Source of the DNA: Eledone cirrhosa
Lineage: Eukaryota
Reading direction: 5' to 3'
NCBI GenBank assembly: GCA_964016885.1
Contig: OZ024760.1
Location: forward strand, 33,728,001 to 33,792,000
DNA length: 64,000 nucleotides
The notes beneath the pieces are model-generated. The model ran no database searches. It was not told the origin of the DNA and worked only from the letters and a program-made list of their open reading frames with translations. Each line of letters begins with the position of its first letter. Position 1 is the first letter of the stretch. Position numbers and translations under genes: made by a program. Positions 62,701-64,000 of this stretch are shown here, in pieces.

Positions 62701-64000
62701 GTAGTGTTGGTGTGGTGGTTGTTGTTGTGGTGGTAGTGATGGTGATGTGATGTTTGTTGTTCTGGTGGTAGTGATGGTGTTGTGATGGTTATTGTTGTGG
62801 TGGTAGTGTTGCTGATGTGATAGTTGTTGTTGTTGTGGTAGTGTTAGTGTTGTGATGGTTGTTGTTGTAGTGGTAGTGATGGTGTTGTGATGGTTGTTGT
62901 TGTGGTGGTAGTGTTGGTGATGTCTTTGTTGTTGTTCTGGTGGTAGTGTTGGTGCGGTGGTTGTTGTTGTGGTGGTAGTATTGGTGATGTGATGGTTGTT
63001 GTTGTGGTGGTAGTGATGGTGATGTGATGGTTGTTGTTGTGGTGGTAGTGATGGTGTTGTGATGGTTGTTCTTGTGGTGGCAGTGTTGGTGTGGTTGTTG
63101 TTGTGGTGGTAGTGTTGGTGATGTGATGGTTGTTGTGGTGGTGGTAGTGTTGGTGTGGTGGTTGTTGTTGTGGTGGTAGTATTGGTGATGTGATGGTTGT
63201 TGTTGTGGTGGTAGTGTTGGTGATGTGATGGTTGTTGTTGTGGTGGTAGTGTTGGTGATGTGATGGTTGTTGTTGTGGTGGTTTTGTTGGTGATGTGATG
63301 GTTGTTGTTGTGGTGGTAGTGTTTGTGATGTGATGGTTGTTGTTGTGGTGGTAGTGTTGGTGATATGATGGTTGTTGTTGTGGTGGTAGTGATGGTGTTG
63401 TGATGGTTGTTGTTGTGTCGGTGATGTGGTGGTTGTTGTTGTGGTGGTAGTGATGGTGTTGAGATGGTTATTGTTGTGGTGGTAGTTTTGGTGTGGTGGT
63501 TGGTGTTGTTGTGGTGGTAGTGTAGGTGATGTGATGGTTGTTGTTGTGGTGGTAGTGTTGGTTATGTGATGGTTGTTGTTGTGGTGGTAGTGATGGTGTT
63601 GTGATGGTTATTGTTGTGGTGGTAGTGTTGGTGTGCTGGTTGTTGTTGTGGTGGTAGTGTTGGTGATGTGATGCTTGTTCTTGTGGTGGTAGTGTTGGTG
63701 ATGTGATGTTTGTTGTTGTGGTGGTAGTGATGGTGTTGTGATGGTTGTTCTTGTGGTGATAGTGTTGGTGTGGTGGTTATTGTTGTTTTGTGGTAGTGTT
63801 GGTGATGTGATGGTTGTTGTTGTGGTGGTAGTGTTGGTGTGGTGGTTGTTGTTGTGGTGCTAGTGTTGGTGATGTGATGGTTGTTGTTGTGGTGGTAGTG
63901 TTGGTGATGTGATGGTTGTTGTTGTGGTGGTAGTGTTGGTGATGTCTTTGTTGTTGTTCTGGTGGTAGTGTTGGTGCGGTGGTTGTTGTTGTGGTGGTAG
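8757..64000. repeat. Giant G/T-strand satellite of 35-bp and 32-bp units, >55 kb (roughly 1,600 units), running off the window end
   Basis: Consensus GTGGTGGTAGTGTTGGTGATGTGATGGTTGTTGTT (35 bp) and GTGGTGGTAGTGTTGGTGTGGTGGTTGTTGTT (32 bp). Single orientation throughout, + strand almost C-free, no interrupting unique sequence seen. Confidence 0.98.
51778..61665. repeat. Near-identical 4,944-bp tandem duplication within the satellite
   Basis: Rare variants recur at a constant offset of 4,944: GGGA (A at 52389/57333), GTGACGGTC (C at 55256/60200), TGTCGG (C at 56204/61148). Junction at about 56722. Confidence 0.88.

Noticed and set aside
8757-64000. Canonical telomere tract
   Set aside because: G/T-rich but no TTAGGG or TTAGG repeats; the unit is 32-38 bp and heterogeneous.

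Overview
Repeat-rich eukaryotic (animal) genomic DNA with no prokaryotic system. The CORE-like tRNA SINE and dense (TA)n/(TC)n/(CA)n microsatellites suggest an invertebrate, possibly a cephalopod, but that is inference. Bases 1-4.3 kb hold a truncated tRNA-derived SINE, two hairpin/MITE-like inverted repeats (1323-1387, 3444-3585) and a complete-looking 622-bp non-autonomous Helitron on the minus strand (3621-4242). A spliced + strand gene has two exons that join in phase. Exon A (4374-4793) encodes a 5-Cys module plus a Pro/Thr mucin-like stalk. Exon B (from 8563, absent from the ORF track) encodes a 6-Cys module ending C-x5-CC, a beta-defensin-like pattern. The 3.77-kb intron between them is about 94% minisatellite: a 40-bp array, then a 31/62-bp array whose unit resembles the gene's own 3' splice site. 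From about 8757 to the window end lies a >55-kb G/T-strand satellite of 35/32-bp units, with regional variant layers and a near-identical 4,944-bp tandem duplication. The long H/N/T/Q/P ORFs on the minus strand are best explained as by-products of that satellite.
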